Shown here: positions 18,190 to 27,814 of the stretch, piece by piece | How the letters are laid out: each line of letters starts with the position of its first letter | How positions within the stretch are numbered: the stretch's first letter is position 1 | DNA from: a phage | DNA length: 64,000 nucleotides | Reading direction: 5' to 3' (one strand) | Assembly (NCBI GenBank): GCA_017822615.1 | Contig: GCA_017822615.1_4530.1 | The notes under the pieces: model-generated | What the model saw: the letters and a program-made list of their open reading frames with translations, nothing else | The model's database searches: none | Told to the model about the DNA's origin: nothing | Position numbers and translations under genes: made by a program

Positions 18190-18795
18190 ATGCAACATAG
18201 TGTAGTAGTCAACATGCCGAATAGTGGGGATAAATCTTTTGGTGTCCCTGCTAAAAAAGTGTGGAAAGCCCATTTTCATCTTACTTTATCTAACGTTAGT
18301 TCTGAAGAGTTGATGAAAGCAGCTAAGATCATTGGTGCCAAATGCACAACAATTGATTTACATCGGGATACAAAGTCTCAACGTGATCGTATGTTAACAA
18401 AGTATCAAAGCGATCTCGACACTACGTTAATGTTGCAATGTGTAGAAAAACTTGAGAACGCAGGTTTCAATGTTGTTCGTTACAAACTGGAACGAATGTT
18501 TAAACATGTTGCCTGTGTTCTTTTCATGGATCTAAGCAAAGAAAATTACGGAGAAGTTCACATTAAAACTTCAGCAAGTGATCCTGAAGTAGAAACAAAC
18601 TTCTTCCGTATTTCTTCTAATGCTGAAGAACTTGATTACCGATTTTACAATGCTCGCTTATATTCCGCAGAAGATAAGTTGCGTTTCAATGAAGCATATG
18701 ATATGCTCTTGAACAGTGGGATACAGATAAAAGGCTACCACATAGAACAAGTTGTGGTAGACAGTAACTTAAATCTTGATGCGTGGTGGGCCTAG
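18190..18795 (+). CDS. hypothetical protein
   Basis: 201 aa, GAGGAG RBS. Confidence 0.45.
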   Translation: MQHSVVVNMPNSGDKSFGVPAKKVWKAHFHLTLSNVSSEELMKAAKIIGAKCTTIDLHRDTKSQRDRMLTKYQSDLDTTLMLQCVEKLENAGFNVVRYKLERMFKHVACVLFMDLSKENYGEVHIKTSASDPEVETNFFRISSNAEELDYRFYNARLYSAEDKLRFNEAYDMLLNSGIQIKGYHIEQVVVDSNLNLDAWWA

Positions 18796-18796
18796 T

Positions 18797-19453
18797 ATGA
18801 CAATAAAACATATTTCTTTTGATGTATGGAATACTCTTATTTCTGCCAATCAAAACTATGCAGATGCACGTACGCACACTATTGCTACATATGGTAGAAT
18901 GTCTGAACGTGCGGCAAAAGAAGCATATAAAGATGCCAAAGAAATTATGGATAATGCTGCACTAAATGGGTGTGCAGAAGGTGTAGCATATGCATGGAAT
19001 ATGTTGGGAAGAAAGATAGGTTTAACCCCTGTAGAATCTGCACAAATGCGTTTTGAGTGTGAGCAATGGTTTCTTAAATTTCCTCCACATATCGCTTTAG
19101 ATTTGCCAGTTTGTTTGCTATACTTGTCTGGTAAATATGATCTTAGTATTAAAAGCAATACTAATTTTATATCTGGGAATATTTTGCGTCGTGCTTGTAT
19201 GTTCGACAGTTGGAATTGTTTTGAATTTATGCATTTTTCAGACGAACATCTGTTATGTAAACCAGATCCTAGATTCTTTGTTAGGACCGCCACATATTCA
19301 AGCATTCCTTTGAAGGCTGAAGAGATTTTACATGTTGGGGACAGCGAAGAATTTGATGGTAAATGTGTTGACATAGGGATTAACTTCTGTCATATTAAGA
19401 ACCCTAACGATTTACTAGAGAAACTTAAAAGAGGAGAAATTGTAAATGCGTAA
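18797..19453 (+). CDS. HAD-superfamily hydrolase (phosphatase/nucleotidase-like)
   Basis: N-terminal FDVWNTL (HAD motif I DxDxT-like) and C-terminal HVGDSEEFD (motif IV). Confidence 0.5.
   Translation: MTIKHISFDVWNTLISANQNYADARTHTIATYGRMSERAAKEAYKDAKEIMDNAALNGCAEGVAYAWNMLGRKIGLTPVESAQMRFECEQWFLKFPPHIALDLPVCLLYLSGKYDLSIKSNTNFISGNILRRACMFDSWNCFEFMHFSDEHLLCKPDPRFFVRTATYSSIPLKAEEILHVGDSEEFDGKCVDIGINFCHIKNPNDLLEKLKRGEIVNA
19368..19396 (+). promoter_or_regulatory. sigma70-like promoter inside 3' end of HAD gene
   Basis: TTGACA (19368-19373) N17 CATATT. Confidence 0.3.
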
Positions 19454-20273
19454 TCAAACTCAAATTTTTGCAAATAAATTTGATGACCTGGAAACTGCTA
19501 CTTTTGATATCAAAGACTATTCAAAATTGAAATTTGGTAGTAACCAAGCTGCGCGTCGTATGGGTAAAGAATTGGCACTTCAGTTTTTTGCTCAAGTGGC
19601 AATGAAACATATTGGGGAACAATTTGTTATCATCCCTTCTCCTTATAACCATGTGCACAATGCTGCAACAATGATGACAGATCATTTTATTAATTACTTT
19701 AATATGTTGCAAGCACAATATGATCAAGGTCGTTCAGCAGAACTGGATATTATTCATCGTAAAGTTAGCTATATCAACGATTATGGTTTCTTGGATAAAG
19801 CTAGTCGTAAGAAACTTATTGATGGGGATACATTCTACTGCAACAAAGAATTCTGGGGTGATAAGAAGCTTGTGTTCATTGATGATGTAAATATCACCGG
19901 AACTCATGAAGACAAACTGATTGAGATTCTTGATGAAAATCAAGTTAAAAATGATGTTTACTTCTTGTATTTTGCAAAATATGAAGGTAATCAAGCAGAT
20001 ACTGAAGCTAAACTGAATTTTAACTACATCAATACACCAGAAGCGTTTGTTAAAATGATTAATGAAGAACGTGATGCACAGTGTCTTGTTCGTCCTATTA
20101 AGTATCTTATGGGCCAAAATCACGAAGACTTCAAAATCATTCTTAGCCAATTGCCACACTACTATGTAGAGCAACTTTTCTTCGGATGTTTGGGAGAAGG
20201 TTACAACCGAATTTCAAAGTATGCTGAAAACTTTGAATTCTTGGATCGTTACACAAAACAACACATTCTGTAA
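19446..20273 (+). CDS. phosphoribosyltransferase (PRTase)-like protein
   Basis: KKLVFIDDVNITGTHED matches the type I PRTase PRPP-binding loop pattern. Confidence 0.5.
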   Translation: MRNQTQIFANKFDDLETATFDIKDYSKLKFGSNQAARRMGKELALQFFAQVAMKHIGEQFVIIPSPYNHVHNAATMMTDHFINYFNMLQAQYDQGRSAELDIIHRKVSYINDYGFLDKASRKKLIDGDTFYCNKEFWGDKKLVFIDDVNITGTHEDKLIEILDENQVKNDVYFLYFAKYEGNQADTEAKLNFNYINTPEAFVKMINEERDAQCLVRPIKYLMGQNHEDFKIILSQLPHYYVEQLFFGCLGEGYNRISKYAENFEFLDRYTKQHIL

Positions 20274-20286
20274 TAAGGAGCTAAAA

Positions 20287-20760
20287 ATGCTTAAAATGAA
20301 AACAGGTAATCTTATTGATGCCGCTAAAGCAGGTGAAGTAACTGTTATTGCTCATTGTTGCAATTGTATGTGTAATATGGGAGCAGGAATTGCTCCGCAA
20401 ATTAAACGAGCATTCCCTTATGCATATGCGGCAGATTTAGACACAATGGCTGGTGATCAAAGTAAGTTAGGTTCTTTTAGTTTAGGGGTGCCAGACGAAC
20501 AATCAGACCCTTTGGTATATAATCTATACGGGCAATACCGTTACGGATACAATGCTAAAGGTCGTCAGTTGGACTATGATGCACTTTACGATGCACTAAT
20601 AGCTATGGCTAATGATTTGCTTCTCCGTGACCAAAAATGTAAGATCGGTTTACCTATGATTGGAGCGGGACATGCCGGAGGTAATTGGGCTATCATCCAA
20701 GTGATGATTGAAGAAACTTTAGTAAAAACAGGTCACGATGTGACTATTTATAAACTTTAA
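20287..20760 (+). CDS. macro-domain protein (ADP-ribose binding/hydrolase)
   Basis: start moved to ATG 20287 after AAGGAG; VIAHCCNCMCNMGAGIAPQI and GLPMIGAGHAGGNW match macro-domain glycine-rich loops. Confidence 0.65.
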   Translation: MLKMKTGNLIDAAKAGEVTVIAHCCNCMCNMGAGIAPQIKRAFPYAYAADLDTMAGDQSKLGSFSLGVPDEQSDPLVYNLYGQYRYGYNAKGRQLDYDALYDALIAMANDLLLRDQKCKIGLPMIGAGHAGGNWAIIQVMIEETLVKTGHDVTIYKL

Positions 20761-20772
20761 GAGGAGATTAGT

Positions 20773-20994
20773 ATGGGTGTTTTTGCAGGTATTGTTGCAG
20801 TGGTAAGCTTTTTTGTTATTGCTTTTATGCTTAGTTTGATTCCAGCTTGGTTACTGTTGCTGGCTTACAACTATGTTGCTGAAGTTATGGGTCATGCAGA
20901 TATCACTGTCCCAGTAACCTTCTGGACCGTGGTTTGTGTTTCGTTTATTTTGGCGGTATTACGAGGAATCTTTTCCTCTCATTCAACAAAATAA
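20773..20994 (+). CDS. small membrane protein
   Basis: 73 aa, two hydrophobic helices. Confidence 0.45.
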   Translation: MGVFAGIVAVVSFFVIAFMLSLIPAWLLLLAYNYVAEVMGHADITVPVTFWTVVCVSFILAVLRGIFSSHSTK

Positions 20995-20997
20995 GTG

Positions 20998-21025
20998 TTG
21001 ACATAGTTCTTAAAAAGAGTAAGAT
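20998..21025 (+). promoter_or_regulatory. sigma70-like promoter upstream of terC
   Basis: TTGACA (20998-21003) N16 TAAGAT (21020-21025); leader contains GCGGGGA-atagt-TCCCCGC hairpin at 21038-21056. Confidence 0.5.
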
Positions 21026-21073
21026 ATATCACATGAAGCGGGGAATAGTTCCCCGCAAAGAGAGGAGAAAAGA

Positions 21074-22048
21074 ATGCAACTCGGTTTCCCAATTATTGAT
21101 GTAGTTGTTTTAGTTGGTATTTTAGCATTGTCTATTGGTATCGATTTCTTTGGTCATAAAGAGAATAAAGAAATTGGAATTAAATCTGCTTTGCTTTGGT
21201 CTGTTTTTTGGATTGCTTTAGCTTTAGGGTATTACGCATTCATTTGGGTAGAACATGGTAAAGAGTTTGCCGCGCTTTTCCTAAGTGGCTATGTGTTGGA
21301 AAAGAGTCTTTCTGTAGATAACCTAATGGTGTTCATGGCAATTTTTGCAAGCTTTGGAATTAAGAGCACACATCTCCAACATAAGATTCTACTTTGGGGG
21401 ATTGCAGGAGCCATTGTCTTCCGAGGTATTTTTGTTGCAGCAGGGACCGCTTTGTTTAACCTTCATTGGTCGGTCCAAGTGTTGTTCGGTTTGATTGTAG
21501 CTTGGTCTGCCGTGGCTATCATCAAAGGTGGTGACGAAGAAGAGGATATTGATTACTCTAAACATTGGGCTGTTCGTTTAGTAGGTAAAGTTATGCCTGT
21601 GCACAATGCACCGGATGGTGAAAAGTTCATCACCATTAAGAATGGTATTAAATATGCAACTCCTGCTCTTCTTTGTGTGTTTGTTATTGAGCTTACAGAT
21701 ATTGTCTTCTCTTTTGATTCAGTTCCGGCTGTGATCGGTGTGACACAAGAACCTCTGCTAGTTTATTCTGCAATGCTGATGGCTGTTCTTGGTTTACGTG
21801 CACTTTTCTTTGTGTTAAGTGTAGCTGTGAAATATCTGGTTCACTTAGAGAAAGCTGTTGCTGTGGTTCTGGTGTTTGTTGGTGCTAAACTTATGTATCA
21901 CCCGTTCGGTGAAACACTTCATGCCAAGTGGTCATTCCTCCCGCATGATATTTCCCCTAACGTAAGTCTGATGATTGTTCTAGGCACATTATCTCTTGGT
22001 GTTATTGCAAGCTTTATCTTCCCTGAAAAAGAAGAAGCTACTGTTTAA
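21074..22048 (+). CDS. terC: TerC-family integral membrane protein
   Basis: 324 aa polytopic membrane protein with the TerC signature EKSLSVDNLMVF. Confidence 0.8.
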   Translation: MQLGFPIIDVVVLVGILALSIGIDFFGHKENKEIGIKSALLWSVFWIALALGYYAFIWVEHGKEFAALFLSGYVLEKSLSVDNLMVFMAIFASFGIKSTHLQHKILLWGIAGAIVFRGIFVAAGTALFNLHWSVQVLFGLIVAWSAVAIIKGGDEEEDIDYSKHWAVRLVGKVMPVHNAPDGEKFITIKNGIKYATPALLCVFVIELTDIVFSFDSVPAVIGVTQEPLLVYSAMLMAVLGLRALFFVLSVAVKYLVHLEKAVAVVLVFVGAKLMYHPFGETLHAKWSFLPHDISPNVSLMIVLGTLSLGVIASFIFPEKEEATV

Positions 22049-22054
22049 TAAATG

Positions 22055-22080
22055 AGCCTCCTTCGGGAGGCTATTTTATA
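22055..22080 (+). terminator. rho-independent terminator
   Basis: AGCCTCC-ttcg-GGAGGCT then ATTTTAT. Confidence 0.6.
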
Positions 22081-22090
22081 GGAGAGACTT

Positions 22091-22441
22091 ATGAGTAATT
22101 TTGATGAAATTCAAGAACTTGTTTGGGATTTATCTGGTGATGTGGATTACGTTTTAGATTATCTTTCAAAAGTTTACCCTGGGGTAAGCGTTATGATCGT
22201 GACCAAAGATCCAATTAATTTGCCTCCTAATGTGGTAGCTTGTTGTGGGAGTGGTTCAGGGGAAGTGGAGCCTGTATCCCGTTGGGAATTAACTAAAGCT
22301 GTTTCAAAACGAAACGGTGAAGTTTTGAATATTGATATCGAGCAAATATGGACTTCTCCAGCAGCTAAATGGAATGATCCGAATGGTTGGGACTTGTTCT
22401 TCTGGGATAATGAAACTGATGATGAGGTATTTTTAAAATGA
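22091..22441 (+). CDS. hypothetical protein
   Basis: 116 aa. Confidence 0.45.
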   Translation: MSNFDEIQELVWDLSGDVDYVLDYLSKVYPGVSVMIVTKDPINLPPNVVACCGSGSGEVEPVSRWELTKAVSKRNGEVLNIDIEQIWTSPAAKWNDPNGWDLFFWDNETDDEVFLK

Positions 22442-22683
22442 AATACTTGTTGGTTGTGTTTGAAAATATTTGTTTTGCAATAGGGTTGTTTGTTGTAATT
22501 TTTGTATTGACAAGCGTAATCAACGGCAGTAAAGTGAGTTTATACCGAGATGGAGAGCAACTTTATTGCTTCTCTGGAGATTTCAAACACAGATGTATTA
22601 ATAGCCAAAACGAGGAAAGCAAATATGAAAAAACTAGCCCTGATTTTAATTGGTTGTATCTTTTTAACAGCTTGCGAGGATGA
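22438..22683 (+). CDS. possible small membrane protein (overlaps lipoprotein gene start)
   Basis: 81 aa, hydrophobic N-terminus; contains an internal promoter-like TTGACA-N17-TAAAGT at 22507-22535. Confidence 0.3.
   Translation: MKYLLVVFENICFAIGLFVVIFVLTSVINGSKVSLYRDGEQLYCFSGDFKHRCINSQNEESKYEKTSPDFNWLYLFNSLRG
22507..22535 (+). promoter_or_regulatory. sigma70-like promoter upstream of lipoprotein gene
   Basis: TTGACA N17 TAAAGT. Confidence 0.35.
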
Positions 22684-23062
22684 AACAAATCCTGCACAAT
22701 ACCAACAACCTCCTCAACAATACGCTCAACAAGGATCTGACGGAGATACAACTATTATCAACAATGGTGGCGGTTCTAGTAGTAGCGGTGTTGGTGAGTT
22801 TGCTACAGGTATGTTGTTAGGGCATATGATGAGTGGCGGTAGTAATCGTAGCAGTGGGGATTATAACGATAACAGAACGATTATTAATAAGCATTATAAT
22901 ACACCTAAACCGAAAACTAATTTTTATAGTAAGCCTAAACAAGAGATAAAAACTTATGAAAAGCCGAGACAAACTTTTAAAACAAATAGTAGCTATACAA
23001 CTCGTAAATCTTACAATAGCCCTTTAAGTAAAAAGAGTTCATCTCGTAGCAAGCGACGTTAA
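22625..23062 (+). CDS. lipoprotein (Q/S/N-rich)
   Basis: start moved to ATG 22625; MKKLALILIGCIFLTAC lipobox; low-complexity C-terminus. Confidence 0.55.
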   Translation: MKKLALILIGCIFLTACEDETNPAQYQQPPQQYAQQGSDGDTTIINNGGGSSSSGVGEFATGMLLGHMMSGGSNRSSGDYNDNRTIINKHYNTPKPKTNFYSKPKQEIKTYEKPRQTFKTNSSYTTRKSYNSPLSKKSSSRSKRR

Positions 23063-23076
23063 TAAGGAGAAAAACA

Positions 23077-23670
23077 ATGACAATTTCTATTCGTACTTCC
23101 ATCGTAGGTGTTAAAAGGTTGCCTAATGCTTTGCAAATCACACGCGCTTTGAGGGATACATTCTCTGCTGTGGACGAGCATAAGATGCTTGATAATCTTT
23201 CAAATTGGCCCTATTTCCATTATTTTAAAAATGAAGATGACGAGTTTATAGACGCTGTTTCTTATGGTTATGATTTCGGTAAGGAGGTTTCTGCTGAAGA
23301 ATTTGTAGCTATGGTGTTCCCAAACGGTTTGCCTACTCGCAGTAAACGTAAAAAAGGACCAAAAAACAAGAAACGTGCTACTAATAAAGCTACCATTTTC
23401 TTTACTGATGGCACACAATATACGATTAAAGATTTTGAAGAGGTATCTTATACAGCAGGTGGGAATCTTTCTTTCTACACCATCAAAAAACAAAACTCTA
23501 CGTTCAGCCATGTTTCTAACATGATTGAAATGTTAGTAGAAGATATTGAAAGCGTAGCTGTGTTAGGTATGCATAAAAGCTTTTTAATTACAAATATTTC
23601 AGATTTCAGTGCACGTTTATCTGGTCCTGATTTTGAAACCACGACCACGCATTTCACTTTTAAGGTGTAA
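23077..23670 (+). CDS. hypothetical protein
   Basis: 197 aa, basic patch SKRKKGPKNKKR. Confidence 0.45.
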   Translation: MTISIRTSIVGVKRLPNALQITRALRDTFSAVDEHKMLDNLSNWPYFHYFKNEDDEFIDAVSYGYDFGKEVSAEEFVAMVFPNGLPTRSKRKKGPKNKKRATNKATIFFTDGTQYTIKDFEEVSYTAGGNLSFYTIKKQNSTFSHVSNMIEMLVEDIESVAVLGMHKSFLITNISDFSARLSGPDFETTTTHFTFKV

Positions 23671-23673
23671 GTT

Positions 23674-24264
23674 ATGTATACCGAGAGAGACTTGCAACTC
23701 TTGTGGTGGGAAGTGATGCAGGAAATAAAAGAAGATTTTCCTGTTTACTACAACATGTTACGTGAAGCAGGATATAAAGCTTGTGTTAGAAACAAAGTGA
23801 ATAACTCTTTCGGTTGGTGCAACTACCGAGATAAAATTGTTGTTGTAAATTGGCACTTGCATAAGAACTCTACAAGAGATATGATCGTGGATACAATGAA
23901 GCACGAAATTGCTCATGCTATTGATGGTTGTATGGGTAAGTTTAGTAGACACGGTGCTCATTGGCAAAAACTGGCAGCAGAGTTAGGGGCTAATCCTAAA
24001 GCCACTTCCAAAGAGCCGTTGAACCACGAATATAAATATGTTCTTGTTCTGGTAGATAGGTTTGCGACAAGATGTGTTAGAGGTTATAATCGTAAACCTA
24101 ATCGCATGTACCCAGGTAAGCAACCTAATATGTGGTTGAAATCAGATAAAGAAGGGACCGAAGGAAAATTATGGTTGTATAAATGGGACGATTGGGTTAA
24201 AGTAGCTAAAGAGTACGGTGTTTCACCATATATAAGAGATGCAGAAGAGGAGAATGAAGAATGA
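23674..24264 (+). CDS. SprT-like zinc metallopeptidase
   Basis: HExxH motif in MKHEIAHAIDGC plus downstream His/Cys. Confidence 0.5.
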   Translation: MYTERDLQLLWWEVMQEIKEDFPVYYNMLREAGYKACVRNKVNNSFGWCNYRDKIVVVNWHLHKNSTRDMIVDTMKHEIAHAIDGCMGKFSRHGAHWQKLAAELGANPKATSKEPLNHEYKYVLVLVDRFATRCVRGYNRKPNRMYPGKQPNMWLKSDKEGTEGKLWLYKWDDWVKVAKEYGVSPYIRDAEEENEE

Positions 24265-25373
24265 CAAGTCCATTTTTAAAAGCAGCTACTGGCGGTCAGA
24301 AGAAGCCTGAAATGAGCGTATTTGCTGCAACAACAGATGCAAGTAAATCTGTATTCGCTCCAAGCGTGTTAGATGCCAGTCCTGTTTATGCACCAGCGGC
24401 ACCGCAAGAAGTTCCAGTTTTGCCTTCTATGACCCGACAAGAGATCGAAGAGATTGGGGCAGAGGCAGGAACAACCTTGCGTTCCTTGAATGCCGAGGTA
24501 TTAAAACATCAACGTAGTAATCAAGGCGATCAGATGAGTGAACGACTCACAGCTTTGATTAAACAGGCAAAACAACTTGATCCAAACTCTATTAAACAAA
24601 GCAAGGGTATTACTAAACTCATTAAAAAAGTTATGGGTATGAAAGAAGATCTGTTTGGGGAGTTTGATAATGTTAATAACCGTATTGAAGAGTTGGTAAA
24701 AAACCTTCAAATGGATATTCGCAAAGAAGAAGATTCCTTGGTATATCTTGAAAAGCTACATCAAGCTATTGGACAATATGCTGCAAGTTTGAACCGAGAT
24801 ATGCAGCTTCTAACAGCAACCTATGAAAAAGAAGAACAAGCTTTGGCTGCTCTTCCAGAAGATGCAGTAGAACAGCGACAAGTGATCCGAGATACTTTGG
24901 ATCTTCTGGAGATTCGTATTGCAGATTTAAAAGCATTGCGCCTACTGTGTGTCCAAATGGGACCGCGTGTACAAGGTATGCAAAAAGTTTCTGCAAGCTT
25001 AATGCGATCTGCGCGTAACATAGTAAATAATGTTATTCCTGCTTACTCTGCTAACTTCTCAATGTATATCGAGAGCTTACGTCAAATGAAAGCAGCAGAG
25101 ACGCAGAATAACGTTCTTGATGAATTTAACCTGGCAATTAAACTGGGTAGCGATCTTGCCACACAGAATCAGATCGAAGCAGCAGCACTGGCTAACCGTC
25201 AAGTGTTGGATATTGAAACTCTGCGTCACGATCAGGAAAACTTGGTTAAGATGTTGGAAGAAACTAACCGCATCAATACGGAAGCCCGTGCTGCTCGTGT
25301 TGATTATATTAATGAAGTTCAATCTTTGGAAGACGGGATGGTAGCTGCTGTGAAACGAGGGCTTGGTAAATGA
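24261..25373 (+). CDS. TelA-like (toxic anion resistance family) coiled-coil protein
   Basis: 370 aa largely helical; size, composition and ter-locus context suggest TelA; assignment by recollection only. Confidence 0.4.
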   Translation: MTSPFLKAATGGQKKPEMSVFAATTDASKSVFAPSVLDASPVYAPAAPQEVPVLPSMTRQEIEEIGAEAGTTLRSLNAEVLKHQRSNQGDQMSERLTALIKQAKQLDPNSIKQSKGITKLIKKVMGMKEDLFGEFDNVNNRIEELVKNLQMDIRKEEDSLVYLEKLHQAIGQYAASLNRDMQLLTATYEKEEQALAALPEDAVEQRQVIRDTLDLLEIRIADLKALRLLCVQMGPRVQGMQKVSASLMRSARNIVNNVIPAYSANFSMYIESLRQMKAAETQNNVLDEFNLAIKLGSDLATQNQIEAAALANRQVLDIETLRHDQENLVKMLEETNRINTEARAARVDYINEVQSLEDGMVAAVKRGLGK

Positions 25374-25570
25374 GAATCCGTATCTATATAATTGATGAGG
25401 ACATTGGTGTCCGTTATGATGACGAAAAACGATTCGCGCCGATGGGAGGCATATATCCCCCAAGTGTTCTAGCAGTTTGTCGTGATTGTTATATTTATGA
25501 AGGTTGTCGTAACTTCCGTAAATTCGAACTCCTTGCAGATATTGACTTCAATGAGGAGGAGGAGGAGTAA
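25370..25570 (+). CDS. hypothetical protein
   Basis: 66 aa, acidic C-terminus. Confidence 0.4.
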   Translation: MRIRIYIIDEDIGVRYDDEKRFAPMGGIYPPSVLAVCRDCYIYEGCRNFRKFELLADIDFNEEEEE

Positions 25571-25743
25571 TGAAAATATTACGAGTGAATATTGAAACTG
25601 CTTGGTGTGGATGCAATGAGGTTGTGGATATCGAAATTGAAGATGATATGTCTCAAGAGGATATAGAAGATCTTGCACACGAAACCTTTCAGGACTATTG
25701 TAATTACGGGTTCCATATTTTAGAGGAGGAAGAGGATGTTTAA
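25570..25743 (+). CDS. small hypothetical protein (57 aa)
   Basis: not in track; TAATG junction upstream and ATG overlap downstream. Confidence 0.35.
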   Translation: MKILRVNIETAWCGCNEVVDIEIEDDMSQEDIEDLAHETFQDYCNYGFHILEEEEDV

Positions 25744-25939
25744 CTACGATAACGACCCTAATATTATCCAGTTAACCCGACAAGAACTGATCACAATCAT
25801 TGAAGATGCTTTTATTGATGGCTGGAATACACAAGACAATGATTGGGGTGGACCCGAAGCTTTTCTGGAACATCATAAAGCTTATGGAGAATTTTGTGAA
25901 ACCACTGTAGCTCTTGATAATCTGAAGGAGGGTTTGTAA
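25736..25939 (+). CDS. hypothetical protein
   Basis: 67 aa. Confidence 0.4.
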   Translation: MFNYDNDPNIIQLTRQELITIIEDAFIDGWNTQDNDWGGPEAFLEHHKAYGEFCETTVALDNLKEGL

Positions 25940-26502
25940 TGGGTTGTTTTAGCTTTTTGTGCAAAGAATCGGGCAAAGCTGCCCTTTCTACTTCTTTCGA
26001 CGGATCACCTTGTTATCTCTTTCTTTTGAAGGACGGTGTTGTTATTGAAGAGATGTATGGCAACTATGATAGTTATGGTTGTGTTTTCTCTGGAAAGGAG
26101 GATGAAAATGGCGTTCGTGAACGGTTCGAATGGGCTATGGATTGGGGTAAGGTTTGTGATTTAATGCATTCCTCGAATCCAAGGGATGGTATCGCTATGG
26201 TGCTGGAAGAGTATTTTACAGGTGAAATCCCTACAGAACAATCTGACGGAGATCCTAACCAAGGTTGGGGTGATGGCGAAGAAGATCCAGATTGTTTTTT
26301 CAGCACAGAAAAGAATAAGTTTAAACGTGTTGACAACCCTTATCACAAAGTGCATAATACTCTCATTGAAACAGAAGATGACAAGATGGAAATTGAAGAA
26401 GATGATCCTCTTGTAACACTTCCTATAAGTGAGTTACAAAAGATCACTAAGGAAGCTTACGATTTGGGCTTCAAAATTGGTAGAGGAGGTATGCGTGTTT
26501 AG
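25939..26502 (+). CDS. acidic hypothetical protein
   Basis: 187 aa. Confidence 0.45.
   Translation: MGCFSFLCKESGKAALSTSFDGSPCYLFLLKDGVVIEEMYGNYDSYGCVFSGKEDENGVRERFEWAMDWGKVCDLMHSSNPRDGIAMVLEEYFTGEIPTEQSDGDPNQGWGDGEEDPDCFFSTEKNKFKRVDNPYHKVHNTLIETEDDKMEIEEDDPLVTLPISELQKITKEAYDLGFKIGRGGMRV
26330..26358 (+). promoter_or_regulatory. sigma70-like promoter (internal to preceding gene)
   Basis: TTGACA (26330-26335) N17 CATAAT (26353-26358). Confidence 0.4.
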
Positions 26503-26773
26503 ATTCAATATTCAAGAAGAAAAAAGTCAGGATTTACCTATTGCTTTCGAAGATCTTGACGTAGGGGCCACATTCATGTATTATGATGCCTATGAAGACG
26601 CAGGGTTGGATACCTACCGTAACTTGGTGTTCATTAAAAATTCCACAAACAGTGCGATTTGTATTAATGGATCACTAGCACAACGAGGCTATACTCATTG
26701 CATCCCACCAGATACAAATATGGTGGAAGTAGATTTAGAAGTTACCAATATTACACTTAAGAAGGAGAAATAA
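26495..26773 (+). CDS. small protein, paralog A of a duplicated family
   Basis: GTG start after GAGGAGG; shares FxIxEEK...DLDVGxTFxY...GLD...EVxLxVTxITLK with 27795..28064. Confidence 0.45.
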   Translation: MFRFNIQEEKSQDLPIAFEDLDVGATFMYYDAYEDAGLDTYRNLVFIKNSTNSAICINGSLAQRGYTHCIPPDTNMVEVDLEVTNITLKKEK

Positions 26774-26774
26774 T

Positions 26775-27569
26775 ATGTCCGAGAAAATCAGCCTGAAAAA
26801 ACGTCAAGAAAACCTTGCTTTCTCTCTGAAAAAGAATAAGAACCTGAATGAAGGTAAGATTGTTCTTCGTGTAGCATGTGCTCTAGATATTTCTGGTAGT
26901 ATGCATGGTCTATATTCTAGTGGGGTAGTGAGTGATTTTGTAGGTAAACTGCTTCCTTTTGGTATGCTGTTCGACGATAATCAACAAATTGATATGTGGG
27001 CCTTCAATACGAGTTCCCAAGAGCTTACTCCAGCAACAGCAGACGTTTACGATGACTATGTTGGTAAATGTATGCGTAATGTTCGTATCGGAGGTGGAAC
27101 AAATTACGCCCCTGTAATGGCAGATATCTACGATGAGTATTTTGGCACTGTTACCAAATATATTACCACTAAACAAGTGGTACAAGAGGAGGCTCCAAAG
27201 AAAGGCTTCTTTAATCGTCTGCTTGGTAAAACTGAAACAGTATCTGTAGAGCGTGAAAAGGTTGTAGCTGTGTCTGAACCAGGTGCTGACGTTACCCCTG
27301 GTGTTGTATTCTTCCAGACGGATGGTGAGAATGGTGATCCTAGTGCTGTTCGTCGTCTTATTGAAGAGAATAAGAATAAACCTATTTATTGGTTCATGGT
27401 TGGCGTTGGTAATGAGAAGTTTGGCTTCCTGAAAGAACTGGCAAATGCTTATGATAATGTTGGTTTTATTGGCATTAAAGATTTAGACTTGACAGATTCA
27501 GAGCTTTATGACAAACTCTTATCTGAAGAGTTCGGAGAGTGGGTTGTTAAAGTAGGTGCTAAAAAATGA
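26775..27569 (+). CDS. vWA-domain protein (TerY-like)
   Basis: MIDAS motif DISGSM with downstream GGTNYAP; N-terminus KISLKK...FSLKK resembles TerD N-terminus. Confidence 0.6.
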   Translation: MSEKISLKKRQENLAFSLKKNKNLNEGKIVLRVACALDISGSMHGLYSSGVVSDFVGKLLPFGMLFDDNQQIDMWAFNTSSQELTPATADVYDDYVGKCMRNVRIGGGTNYAPVMADIYDEYFGTVTKYITTKQVVQEEAPKKGFFNRLLGKTETVSVEREKVVAVSEPGADVTPGVVFFQTDGENGDPSAVRRLIEENKNKPIYWFMVGVGNEKFGFLKELANAYDNVGFIGIKDLDLTDSELYDKLLSEEFGEWVVKVGAKK

Positions 27570-27814
27570 TCGACGAGCTTGCCTCTCAAGTCATAGAAAA
27601 TTATTGGCGCGAGAGAGAAGCTTTCATTATGCGCAGTCTCAAAGAGTATTTCATTGGGACTGTGCGAATGGAAGATATTGTAAGTAGAGTAGAGATTCAT
27701 GTATGGCCTGATTATGAAGAATGGGTTGACAAAGAAAATGAAAATGCTATAATTCTTCGTATATACAAACCGGAGATAACATTAGGAGGAAGAAGTGTTA
27801 AACTTCGAAATTGA
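27566..27814 (+). CDS. hypothetical protein
   Basis: 82 aa, ATGA overlap. Confidence 0.4.
   Translation: MIDELASQVIENYWREREAFIMRSLKEYFIGTVRMEDIVSRVEIHVWPDYEEWVDKENENAIILRIYKPEITLGGRSVKLRN

Noticed and set aside
20221-20286. Upstream track start codons (20221 macro, 22550 lipoprotein, 31210 GT, 14169, 18776, 8041, 8528, 29540)
   Set aside because: These starts overlap the preceding gene and lack an RBS; downstream in-frame ATG/GTG/TTG codons with Shine-Dalgarno spacing were preferred.
21026-21073. yybP-ykoY Mn riboswitch upstream of terC
   Set aside because: Leader is only about 48 nt with a single 7-bp hairpin; too short for the known aptamer.
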